Below, piece by piece: positions 10,751 to 22,198 of a stretch of DNA of 64,000 nt (position 1 is its first letter; each line of letters starts with the position of its first letter). The translations under genes and the position numbers were made by a program. The notes beneath the pieces are model-generated. The model did not search any database, had not been told where the DNA came from, and saw nothing but the letters and a program-made list of their open reading frames with translations. Source of the stretch: Stegostoma tigrinum (taxonomy: Eukaryota). The DNA is taken from assembly GCF_030684315.1 (NCBI RefSeq), contig NC_081387.1, positions 1,406,497 to 1,470,496 of the forward strand. Reading direction: 5' to 3'.

Positions 10751-13700
10751 CGCAGCCTAAAGCGCCTGTCCCCAGTGTGATTTTTTTCTCCCTGTTTTGC
10801 TTACATCACAACTTGGAGTATTTCTACCATGTTGCGGTTGCAACTTTCCGCCACATTTATATGTGGCTTAGATAAATCAGCTGTGGTTTAGTTTTCGTTT
10901 CGGATCGGGACCCTTGGTCAACTTTTCTGCTCCTCCGATGCTGCCTGGCCTGCTGTGTTCCTCCAGCTCCACACTGTATTGTCTGACTCCAGCACCTGCG
11001 GTTCTTGCTATCTTCGTGTGGTTTCATTTGGTTGTATTTGCACCTTCGCCTGTCACAGAGTTACACAAGTAAATCCTACTCCTGGTCTGGGCCTCAAAAG
11101 TCCAGGCTGACATTCGAGTGGATGGCAGGAGTGCCACACTATTCAATCGACATATTTCAGTTTATACCATGAAGCTAAATGCCATGTGCTCTCTGCAGTG
11201 GATGAAAACAAGAGGCCAGGATCTAACGAATTGCAACAAAAAGTAACTGTTCATAACCTCTTCAATATATTTGAGAGATTGTTGCTGCGATCCCGTATTA
11301 AAACAGCAGCTGCACTTTTGTAAGTTCTCCAACTGATTTTAAAAGCATATTCAGATATTCACAGCCTGTGAGAGTTTCTTTTAAAAAATGCAAAATATCA
11401 CTGATAAACGTTGTGATTAAGAAGTTGTTCAGCTTGTTTCTCACGCAGCATTGTATTCGGGTACAATGGACTTGTTCCAAATAAGGAAGAGAATTTGCTA
11501 AATGAAACAAAACGAAGGGCTGCAGATTTTGAAAATTTGAAAACAAAGGACTCATGAAGAGTCACCGGACTCGAATCGTTTACGCTTCTTTCTTTCCACG
11601 TATGTTGCCAGATCTGTTGAGTTTCACCAGTAATTTCTGATTTTTCAGCCTGTTAAAGGACATTGACAGATTGAAAATGATTTGCAGTCAACTTTATGTG
11701 CACAGAAATGAAGTTAGTGATCAGGTATTTAAGAGAAGTTAACGTCTAAACAGAATGTTAGCTCTTGCCCCGAGAGGTTTGAAGGACAATTGGAAGCAAT
11801 TGATGTTCCCAATCCCTGAAGAACTGTGCTGATTCTAGTAAGATGGAGGCTATTCGGCCCATTGAGTCTGCGCTGACCCTCTGAACAGCATCCCGGCTGA
11901 TTCCCATAACCCCGAATTTACCATGTTTAATCCACTACGCCTGCACATCCCTGGGCACAACGGGACAAGTTACCTTCGCAAATCCACCGAAAGATGCACA
12001 TCTTTGGGATAGTTCATAGTAATTGACTTAATTTTAGGATCAAAGTTCAAATGTCCAGGAGGAGTATTAGAGAGTTGGATGCACGAAATCTGGAAGACTC
12101 TCAACAGATGGCTGTGGATCTCTGTGATCAAATGAAACTTGAAAAATTCCAACAGCGTTTGAACAAACAGAACATTGTGGATGCCTGGATTTGAAATAAA
12201 TGCAGAAAATGTGGGCCAGCAGGTTTGGATAGTGTCTGTAGATGGAGAAATTGATTAAGTATGGTCATATTTCCTCTGAGAAAAAAAAACTTCTTCCGTT
12301 TGTACATAATGACTACCTCAGTGAAAGGCACGACAACTGAACTGCACCAACCCTTTGTTAATTAGGAACTAAAACAAAGTCACTGGAAAAGCTCAGCAGG
12401 TCTGGCAGCATCTGTGAAGGTGAAAAGAGAGTTAACGTTTCGTTACCCTTCTTGACCCTTCCTGTGTTAATTAGATCGTGGTTTAAACTCGATGTGGTAA
12501 CAATCCTCGCCATGGGAGTTACTCCCTCATAAGTTGCTCCTTAGAAACTTGGCCTTAGTATTTTGGTCTCTCTCAATACCTATCTCTGTCTCTCTCATTC
12601 CAGCAACACGTCCCTACATTTTACAGCTACGCTGATGAATCATTTCCACTGTCCACTTCGATTCGACACGTCAAGATCGGTCTGACATTGAGTTCCTCTC
12701 TAACCCCACTACCCACTGACTGTTACTGGCATTAAGACCCTCTGCGACTTCAGTACCCACCTGCGGAGAGCCCTCCACACTGAAGGAGTAGCACTGCCAG
12801 AGCTAACATTGCTGTCATGACTAGTTCACGGGGAGTCCTGTAACGAGACAGCTCCTGGTTCTGTGAACTGCGCCCAGCATTCAGTGCAGACAACGTCCAG
12901 ATTTTCCTGTTGACTCAGATGCTTCGAGTGCTTTGTTTTCTTGGAGCTTCGCGCGAATCCGGATTCAAAGAGCCTGTTACTCAGGAGCCGCTCGTAAACG
13001 AACTTGCAGCAGAACAAGAATCCGCGACGGACACATTGAGAAGACAGGGTGGAGCGTCCACTCAGAAAAAGGCAGTGACTATGTCATCAGTTACTAGGTA
13101 GACAACATTGAGGAGATTGTGAAATCTGATCAAGGAAACACAAACTGGCTTGAAATTGACGAGATAAGTGGACAGGGAGAGTAGCAGATGGTGTAACATG
13201 AGGATTCAGAGTTAACAATTATTCCCTCAGCCCTGCTTTAACAAATACGTCATCGGCCCTAGTCCACCTTCTGCCCCATTCGCCCTGCTTTTTTTCAAAC
13301 TCCATTAGCCCCTCGCACTGATTTATGGCTGCATTTTTCACCCCACTGATTCGATATAATTTATTACTGTTACATGTACAGAGGTGCAGTGAAAAGTGTT
13401 CTCTTACATGTTTTGCAGGCAGAGCGCACTGTACAAATCCATCAAAGCAATTGCTCCCGCCAGCCCTGATTTCCCATTAAACCACTGGGCTCTGGTGCAC
13501 CTTTTAACCCCTGAGCCTTCTGCACCATTCACCCCACAGAATAGCAGAATTGTTACGGAGCAGAACGAGGCCATTCAGCCCATCGTGTCTGCAGCGGTTT
13601 TACTCACTGGTGCCAATCTCCCACCTTTCCTGATATCCCTGAACTCCATTGCTGCACAAACACTAACCCATTTGGATGCAGCAATTGAAAGTGCCTCCAC

Positions 13701-13789
13701 TACATTTCCTTGCTCTCCAGTTCACACTCCTGCAACTTCCTGTAGGAATGCATTCTTTTCTTCATGTTACGTCACACTTGCTTCATTTC

Positions 13790-15025
13790 ACTTTAAATTT
13801 ATGTTGATGTGCACAAATATCATAAAGCAGTGAAGTAAAGTTAATGAACATTATGTTTCTGTGAGAATGAAATATAAAGACTGCAAAATTCGGTAACCTT
13901 GCATGAAAGATGTTGGAAATTTAATCAAAAAGAAAAAGAAGAAACATGTAAGTTTGAGAAAATTGAAATCAGACAATATCCTTGAGGAATGTAAAGGGAG
14001 TAGAAAAGAAATTAAGCAAGGAATTAGAAGGGTTAAAAATGACCATGAAATATTTTTAACAAATCAGATAAAGGAAAATCACACGACATTCATTCATATA
14101 TTAGGAGCAAGTGGTTAGCTAGGGAAACTGTAAACCCAGTCTAGGACAAGAGGGAATTTATGCATAAAGCCAGAGAAAGGAGGTGAGGTCCTTAATGAGT
14201 ACTTCACAGCTATATTCACTACGGAAAATGACATTGCCAATGGGGAGTTTAGGTACGGGCATGTTGACATTCTGGGGAATATCAACATTAAGAAGGAGGT
14301 GTTGGGTGTCTTGAAGAAAAAAAACATTAAGGCAGATTAGTTTCGAAGCCTTGATGGGATCTATCCCAAAATACTGAAAGAGGAGAGAGGAGACTGCTAG
14401 GACCTTGACAGAGATCTTTGTATCCTCCTTAGCCACAGGCAAGGTTCCAGAACACTGGAGAATAACCAATGTTGTTCCTTTGATAACAAGGATGATCCAG
14501 GAAACTGTATGCTGGTGAGCCTTAGGGCTGGTGGTACGGAAATTATTGGAGAAGATCCTTAGGGACAGGATTTGCTTGCATTTGGAAAATAATGGACTTA
14601 CTGGGGATTGTCAACATGGCTTTAAGCTGGCGAGGTATTGTCTCACAAATTTAATTGAGATTTTTGAGGAAGTGATAAAGATGATTGATGAGGGTATGTG
14701 GACTTTACTGAAGTATTTTTAATGTCCCTCGTGGTAGGCTGGTCCAGAAGATGAAGTCACATAGGACCCATGCTGTGTTGTGAACTGAATACAAAATTGG
14801 TTTGGTCATCAAGGCAAAGGGTAGTTGTGGAGCAGTAGTGTTCCACAACGATCAGTGCTTGAACCTGAATTGTTTATAACAGAAATAGAGAGATATTGAC
14901 ACACATTATGTATATCAAAATGTAGGTTGTCTGATTGGTAAGTATGCAAGTAACATGAGAATTGGTGGAGCTATGGATAGTGAGGAAGGTATCAAAGTAT
15001 ACAACTGGATACATCAGTTGGAAAG
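13790..15025 (+). mobile_element. CR1 LINE ORF2 internal fragment
   Basis: KLLEKILRDRI..HLE...QHGF...CLTNLIEIFEEV. Confidence 0.85.
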
Positions 15026-15689
15026 CTTTACTCATTACATTCTCTGTCACAATGTTCTCTCTCCCTACCTCCCACTCAAGTGTGACAGTCTGTTCTTTCC
15101 AGTCTGGCAGCTGAAAACACTACTGTTCTGCCATTTTCACATTGCAATAACTCAATCAGATCTTTGAACAAACTTTTTTTGAAGCTGGTGAAGTCCACAT
15201 TGATGCCATTGGGCTGCAGGGTTCCCAAGCGGAATATGAGTTGCTGTTCTTGCAACCTTCGGGTGGCATCATTGTGGCACTGCTCCTGTATCCTCTTTAG
15301 GGTTGTACCCTTAATTTTATATTGATTTCCAGTGTTCTTTCAAACAAAGTGTATCACCTCACCTCCGCACTGAACCTCATCTGCCACCTGTCTGCACTCC
15401 CATGAACTTACCAATATCCTTTTGAAATCTCACACTGTCCGCTTTACAGTTCACAATTCTTGGCAGTTTTGTATCACCTGCAAACTGAGATCCATTTCAT
15501 TAGTATTTATCAGGGAAAGCAAGGGTTCTAGTTTTTACATTCTTGGTCCTGCCTCACCATTCACATGCTTGGCCATGCTCCATTATTCACCCCCTCATTC
15601 CTGTTACATCAGCCACTCCCCGAACTTTCTCAATCACTTCACTTTATGTCTTTCTCAATTCTTCAACCCCTCAAACCTGCTTCATCATT

Positions 15690-16220
15690 CACAAAAACAC
15701 CTCTATTTTCTCAGTAGGCCAAGGAAATTTGGCATGTTTACAATGATTCTTACCAAGTTTTGTAGATGCACCATTGGGAACATCCTACCTGGATGCCTCA
15801 CAGCTTGGTATGGCAACTGCTCTGCCCAATTACAGAGAGTTGTGAATGTTGCTCAGTACAAAAACCAACTTTCCATCCGTTGACTCTGTTTGCACTTCCT
15901 GCTGCCTTGGGAGTGCAGCCAACATAATCAAAGATCCCTCCAATCCGGTTATGCCATTTGACAGAAGATACAAAATTGTTTCAAAATACAAACTGAAAGA
16001 TTCATGAACGGCATCTTCACCACTGTTTTCAGACTTAGGAATGCTCCTCGCGTATATTAGATTTGATCCTTCACTGTAGCTGTAACACTATATTTGGCAT
16101 TCAGTTCTGTTCCCTGATATACTTACATAAGTTATGATTTGTCTAAGCAGCATGCAAAACAATACATTTCATTGTATCTCAGTACCCATGACAAGAATAA
16201 ATCAAATCAAATCAAATCAA
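15690..16220 (+). mobile_element. Rex1/Babar-like LINE 3' fragment
   Basis: LYFLSRPRKFGM...LTKFCRCTIGNILPGCLTAWYGNCSA; (AATCA)n tail. Confidence 0.75.
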
Positions 16221-16521
16221 ATTCACCCTGTACCATTATTCACTTTGCCAGCCATGCTCCAAAATAACCCTGGTCCTAATTCCGCATTCATGCCCATGGC
16301 CTTTCTTGTCTGCTTTTTTGGCATTTACCCATACCATAAGGCGCATGCATTCTTGTCACAATTATGACAGCATCTAGCAGTGATCCTGACAGATCTTTGA
16401 ACTTTCCACTACATCTTCACGAATGAATCAACACATACTTTATTTGAATACATGACATGAATTTGGGTAGAAATTCGCTGTTTTCATTGCCTGAATTTTA
16501 ACAGATGCGTCTTGACTGTCT

Positions 16522-17946
16522 AAGATAACAAAGTGTGATGCTGGATGAACACAGCAGGCCAAGCAGCATCTCAGGAGCACAAAAGCTGACGTTTCGGGCC
16601 TAGACCCTTCATCAGAGATGGGGATGGGGAGAGGGTTCTGAGATAAATAGGGAGAGAGGGGGAAGTGGACCTAAAATGGATAGAGGAGAAGATATGTGGA
16701 GAGGGGAGTGTAGGTGGGGAGGTAGGGAGGGGATAGGTCAGTCCAGGAAGGACGGACAGGTCAAGGAGGCACGATGAGGCTGGTAGGTGGGAACTGGAGG
16801 AGCGGCTTGAGGTAGGAGGAGGGGGATAGGTGAGAGGAAGACAGGTTAGGGAGGCGGGGACAAGCTGGGCTGGTTTTGTGATGCAGTGGGGGGAGGGGGT
16901 GAGCTGGGCTGGTTTTGGGATGCAGTGGGGGAGGGGGAGGTTTTGAAGTCCGTGAAGCCCACAGTGATACCATTGGCTTGCAGGGTTCCCAAGCGGAATA
17001 TGAGTTGCTGTTCCTGCAACCTTTGGGTGGCATCATTGTGGCACTGCAGGAGGCACATGTCATCTGAGGAATGGGAAGGGGAGTTAAAATGATTCATGAC
17101 TGGAGGTGCAGTTGTTTATTGCGAACCGAGTGGACGTGTTCTGCAAAGCGGTCCCCAAGCCTCCGCTTGGTTTCCCCAGTGTAGAGGAAACCACACCGGG
17201 TATAATGGATACAGTGTACCACATTGGCAGATGTGCAGGTGAACATCTGCTTAATATGGAAAGTCATCTTGGGGCCTGGGATAGGGGTGAGGGAGGAGGT
17301 GTGGGGGCTAGTGTAGCACTTCCTGCGGTTGCAAGGGAAGGTGCCAGGAGTGGTGGGGTTGGAGAGGAGTGTGGAACGGACAAGGGAGTCATGGACAGAG
17401 TGGTCTCTCCGGAAAGCAGACAAGGGTGGGGATGGAAAAATGTCTTGGGTGTTGGGGTAAGTTTGTAGATGGCGGATGTATCGGAGGATGATGTGTTGTG
17501 TCCAGAGGTTGGTGGGGTGGTATGTGAGGATGACGGGGGTTCTTTTAGGGCATTTGTTGCAGGGGCGGGGTGTGAGGGATGTGTTGCGGGAAATGCGGGA
17601 GACACGGTCAAGGGTGTTCTGGACCACTGCGGGGGGTGGGGGGGAAGTTGCGGTCCTTGAAGAACGCGGACATCTGGGATGTTTGGGAGTGGAATGCCTC
17701 ATCCTGGGAGCAGATGCGGCAGAGGCGAAGGAATTGGGAATAGGGTGATGGAATTTTTGCAGGGGGCTGGGTAGGAGGATGTGTATTCTAGATAGCTGTG
17801 GGAGTCGGTGGGCTAGAAGTGGACATCAGTATTTAGCTGGTTGCCTGAGATGGAGACAGAAAAGTCCAGGAAGGTGAGGGATGTGTTGGAGATGGCCGAG
17901 GTAAACTTGAGGTTGGGGTGGAAGGTGTTGGTGAAGTGGATGAACT
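16522..17946 (-). mobile_element. 5'-truncated Penelope-like element (RT C-terminus, GIY-YIG, hammerhead tail)
   Basis: Frameshifted PLE ORFs; 12-bp TSD tcttgactgtct at 16510-16521 and 17947-17958. Confidence 0.9.
16588..16615 (-). ncRNA. Minimal type I hammerhead ribozyme motif
   Basis: Reverse complement reads CTGATGAAGGGTCTAGGCCCGAAACGTC, intact. Confidence 0.85.
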
Positions 17947-19532
17947 TCTTGACTGTCTTTCCGTTTTATTGCCTGTTATTTTCCATTGCGTCACTTTCGT
18001 TGCTGCAGAAAACCAGCGTATTTACATTATGTCGCGTTCCTTCCGTAGAGAGTCTGGTGAGGTGCTCCTTACTTTTGCAAATTGCAATGAGTTTATTTCC
18101 GTCAGGTCATCTGGGTGTAACTGTGACAGGACAGTGGGATTATGGGAAAAACACACGTTTGACCTGGTTTTCGTTGTGTCTACGGAGTCTGTAATAGCTG
18201 AACAGTCCACCCTTATTTCCGCGCATTGTTATCTTCATGGAATTGCCAACGACAAGAATGAACTGAACAACTCTACGCTGCCCAACATTGATGCAGTTCC
18301 AAAGGTCGTTGTCATGGCAAGATAAAAATGGAAATACAAAGATTCTCTAAGTCAGAAGGATAGAGAAAGTGATACTTTTTTCACTTTTGGGGCAAATAGG
18401 ATGACAGAATGTTTTCATTTGGAAAACAAGAGAGTATTGTTACACAGAGACTTGGATTTATCTGTACGGGAAAGGCAAAACTGAGGTAAAGCAAGCACTT
18501 AAGATGGAACAACAATAGAATGGTCGAATTATTGCAAGGCGATGCAGTTTTAAGTTACATAAGCCATGCTGAAAATCAAAAGTGACAACACAATACGGAG
18601 TTGGAAGAAATGAAACGTCAAATTTCCTGCTCCTCTGATGCTGCAGGGCCTGCTGTGTTCTACCAGCTCCGTACTGTGTTGTCTCTGACTCCAGCATCAG
18701 CAGCTCTGGCTATATCTGAAAGTTAAAATTTTTTGTTTTGGTTAATGACGCTACGCGTGGAGACTTGTGCACAGTTTTTATTTCCTTGATCATGTGGAAA
18801 TATCCGATCATTGGAGGCAGTTTAGGGAATATTCACTGTCTGTTTCCTGAAATGAAGGCGTTTATGGATATAGAAGGTTGAGAAAATCTGAAATCCATTC
18901 ATTGGGTAATTGAAAAATGGGATATGATATTCTGAGAACATACAAAATTTCGAGGAGGATCGAAAGACCATACACTAGGGATTTCTCCCGACCAGAGAAA
19001 ATCTAGAATTAACCAAGCAAAGTTCAAAACTAAAGTATCTTCTTTGAAGACAGAGTTAAGGAGTGAAATATTTGTCTTGCAGGTCCTTTGCTGTTTGGAA
19101 ATTTCCTACATATATTCTAACAGCAATAGAAGACGTTTTTGTAAATTGATTTGATTTATGAATGCGAACTTTGCCAGGGTACAGTCAAATGTGTCAACCT
19201 CTCTGCTTTAGAGTCAGAGGGTACTATACAAGCGCAACAGGGCAATATGAAAAGAGTACAAGACCCAGAGTTTCAGCTTCCACGAAGGGGCAGCGAGACA
19301 TCAATATTATCATTTATTTGGATGGTGTAAGAGAAACGAAAGTGAGCCAAAACTATTCGATCGCAGTTCGTCATGCGGTGCTTAAAACACAATCAGATCA
19401 ACCATGATATTTTTGAATGGCGGACACAAACCACTGGTCTCAATGCGCACTGCAGCTCATAATGTTACAGAATATATATCTCAGCTGATTCTGCCACGCC
19501 AGTTACCATGCGGTTGAGATCCATAGTGTTAA

Positions 19533-19694
19533 AAAACTAAAAGAACTGCGGATGCTGCAAATCAGGAAGAAAAACAAAGTTGCTAGGAAAGCTCAGCAGA
19601 ACTGAAGAAGGGTCATCGGACCGAAACGTTAATTTTGTTTTCTCCTCCACAGATGCTGCCAGACCTGCTGAGCTTTTCCAGCAACTTTGTTTTT
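19533..19694. mobile_element. Miniature palindromic insertion of the second PLE-tail family
   Basis: aaacaaagttgctaggaaagctcagcag / ctgctgagcttttccagcaactttgttt arms around CTGAAGA..GAAACGTT; degenerate TSD gatccaYaRtgttaa. Confidence 0.7.
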
Positions 19695-20477
19695 GATCCA
19701 CAATGTTAAGTTTATTTAGATTTTTACCAAAAAGAAGGATACAGATACATTGCAGGATACAGAGGAAATCTGTCAGTGTTTGGTTCTATCAAAAGTTAAA
19801 CTCTGTAATTTGCACCCAAAAGTCCGACGGGTATAACTTCCCTGTTAAGGTATAGAAAAAATACTCTATAACCAGAGCAAAATTACAAAAAAAATTACCA
19901 TTCACTGCCCTGTCGCTGAGTAACAGCCTATAGTGTTCTATCTCATAGACCAATATTGGAAATACATAATTAATACGTATAATATCACAGGTCATTTTAA
20001 GCACACAGTATTGAATGATGGTGCAAAAATGATTTTAGTCAATGGTATCTGACAGATTGGGAACTGCCTAATATTGGCAAGGGGAAGTAGTTAACATTTT
20101 CTAACTGGGTGAGCTAGTTATTCAGTTATATTGTGGTAGGAAAGCTGGTCAAATGCCATTTTTTTTTCAATGGAGTGAATGCTAACTAATGCTGAACGAC
20201 AGTTAGTAGAAATTCCTAAATTATGAGGCCATATTTGCACACACGGCTTAAAAAAATCTGATATGCAAGGCAGTATTTGAAAGTAGTTAACGGTGGGACT
20301 ATTTTTGATGAACTGATCAATATAATCAACGCAAAGACCGTTTTTGAAGAGGCTGACTCCACGTTGGGAGGAACGGAAACTGAATAAAGCATAGTTTTAT
20401 GAGTAAGGCATGCAACCCTGTGCCAAACAAATATGTTGGGATGACCGATTAGGCTGGAGTTTTAAATTTTTTTCTGC

Positions 20478-21624
20478 TCATTTAATTCCTTTTATATTAA
20501 CAGTAAATGGATGTTTTAACATATTCTTCAATTGCTCTCTGAACATCTTTTGTGTCACAACATAAATGTATATGTTTGTGCAGCAACTCAAAAGCTGCAG
20601 AATAAATCCTAGTTCATTGTTATACTTCGGTAAAATTATGACGTTATATCCTAAATACTGTATTGCATTCTTTGCCGAATAAAACAGGAAGATAACCCAT
20701 AATAATATGAAATTTCCCGAGATACAAATAGCTAACTCGTAGATTTCGTCTGACGCTCCATCTGAGTCTTTGTGTCTCTTGCCCCATTGCGTCTTCAACA
20801 AAATCTCTTCATGCTCTGTTGGCGATTTAAATATGCCTCACTATTAAAATATTGAGCAGCAGAATCAAAACAAATGGTACATCCTGCGTGAGAATGTGAT
20901 GAATTAACTCGATTGCTGCCCAGTATGGAGATTCTAGAAGCCCCTCTCTTACTAAACAAAATCGGGAAAAGTTACTAAGTAAGTACTCATTTGTGAACGG
21001 AAAATACCAAACCATAATCTTTATAAAGCTCGGCAAAGTCAATGTTCCAAGCAGTAAGATAATTGTCTGACTGCACCAACTGCTTTACATACTCTGCCAA
21101 CAAATGGCCACAGAGCAATCCAAGCTGGAAGCGACAGTAACAGCATGAAGTAGGATTTGCATGGATGCCACATAGTGGAATAGAATTCGTGAATATGAAG
21201 TGCCCCCCAAAAACGATTGGAATGTGCCTCCGTGTAGGGTGGAGGTAGCTATTACAAGGCGGCATAGATTTAAAATGAGTGGAGGTAGATACAGGTGAGA
21301 CATCAGAGGTAGGTCCTTACTCAGAGAGTGGTAGGGGCGCAGAATGCATTGCCGGAGAGGATAGTGGAGTCGGCCTCATTAAGGGCATTTAAGCGGCTGT
21401 TAGATAGGCATATGGATGTTATTATAAGGTAGGGGTGGAGGTTAGATAGACCTGAGGTTTAGAGTAAGACTTCGGCACAACATCATGGGCTGAAGGGCCT
21501 GTACTGTGCTTTATAGTTCTATGTTCTATATTCTAATAAAGGTCTAATTAAAAATGACCAGCAGATCCGACACTTGGAGAGGCCACACTGTCCCCGAAAC
21601 AGTATCGCAATCGTCATTCCATTT
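20478..21624 (-). pseudogene. GPR139/GPR142-like rhodopsin-family GPCR pseudogene (main coding exon)
   Basis: Fragments MTIAILFRGQCGLSKC, DLLVIF, RHIPIVFGGHFIFTNSIPLCGIHA, WAAIELIHHILT-VPFVLILLLNILIVRHI and LGFILQLLSCCTNIYIYVVTQKMFREQLKNMLKHPF match the expanded shark GPR139-like family. Frameshifts, stops, deletions and a CR1 insertion; no intact acceptor AG. Confidence 0.85.
21232..21533 (+). mobile_element. Short CR1 3' end inserted in the GPCR pseudogene
   Basis: RHRFKMSGGRY homology and a gttctatgttctat tail. Confidence 0.8.
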
Positions 21625-22107
21625 GTTGTAAGAAAGGAAAATAATTAAATTAAGTACAAGTCAGTCAAGTGATCCTCTAATTGTGATAGAATCGTTCTTG
21701 CAAATTTCAAATTTTGCTAGGAATCTCATAATTCTTAGAGAAGAGGCAACCGGAATCTTTGAAAGAGTGAACTCCATGCATCCCAAGAACGCATTCATGA
21801 GCGGAGTGCAAACAAAACTCCTGTCGAATCAAATGTCATAAAAGTCCGTACGTTTACGTCACTGAGCTGAGACGGAGTGCTTTCTCCATGCTCCATGACA
21901 ATCGCCTTTCATAACATAAAACACAGAATAATGAAATGTTCACGCAAGTGAATGGAAACCGAGTCAATGACCCTAGTTTCTGCAGTGAAATAACGACAGG
22001 GTCCTATTCCATGTCGTTTCTCATTTTTCCTGAGTCAATGGGAGAGCATTCTCCCTTAAAATTCCAGCTTACGATTTCTGAATAATGGAAGGTTATGACA
22101 CAAGGAT

Positions 22108-22198
22108 AACAAGGTGTGGAGCTGGATGAACACAGCAGGCCAAGCAGCATCTCAGGAGCACAAAAGCTGACATTTCGGGCCTAGACCCTTCATCGGAG
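22108..22198 (-). mobile_element. Very short PLE 3' tail with hammerhead remnant
   Basis: Tail sequence; TSD acaaggat at 22100-22107 and 22199-22206. Confidence 0.75.

Noticed and set aside
12038-12193. Plus-strand acceptor followed by a ~52-codon open frame (IKVQMSRRSIRELDARNL...)
   Set aside because: No homology recognised, and it runs into a PLE-tail remnant.
12820-13100. CpG-rich patch with short ORFs on both strands, a possible MHC promoter or exon 1
   Set aside because: No signal peptide, donor or S-X-Y module could be recognised.
17918-18325. 135-aa plus-strand ORF
   Set aside because: It starts inside the PLE end, has no recognisable domain and no supporting splice structure.
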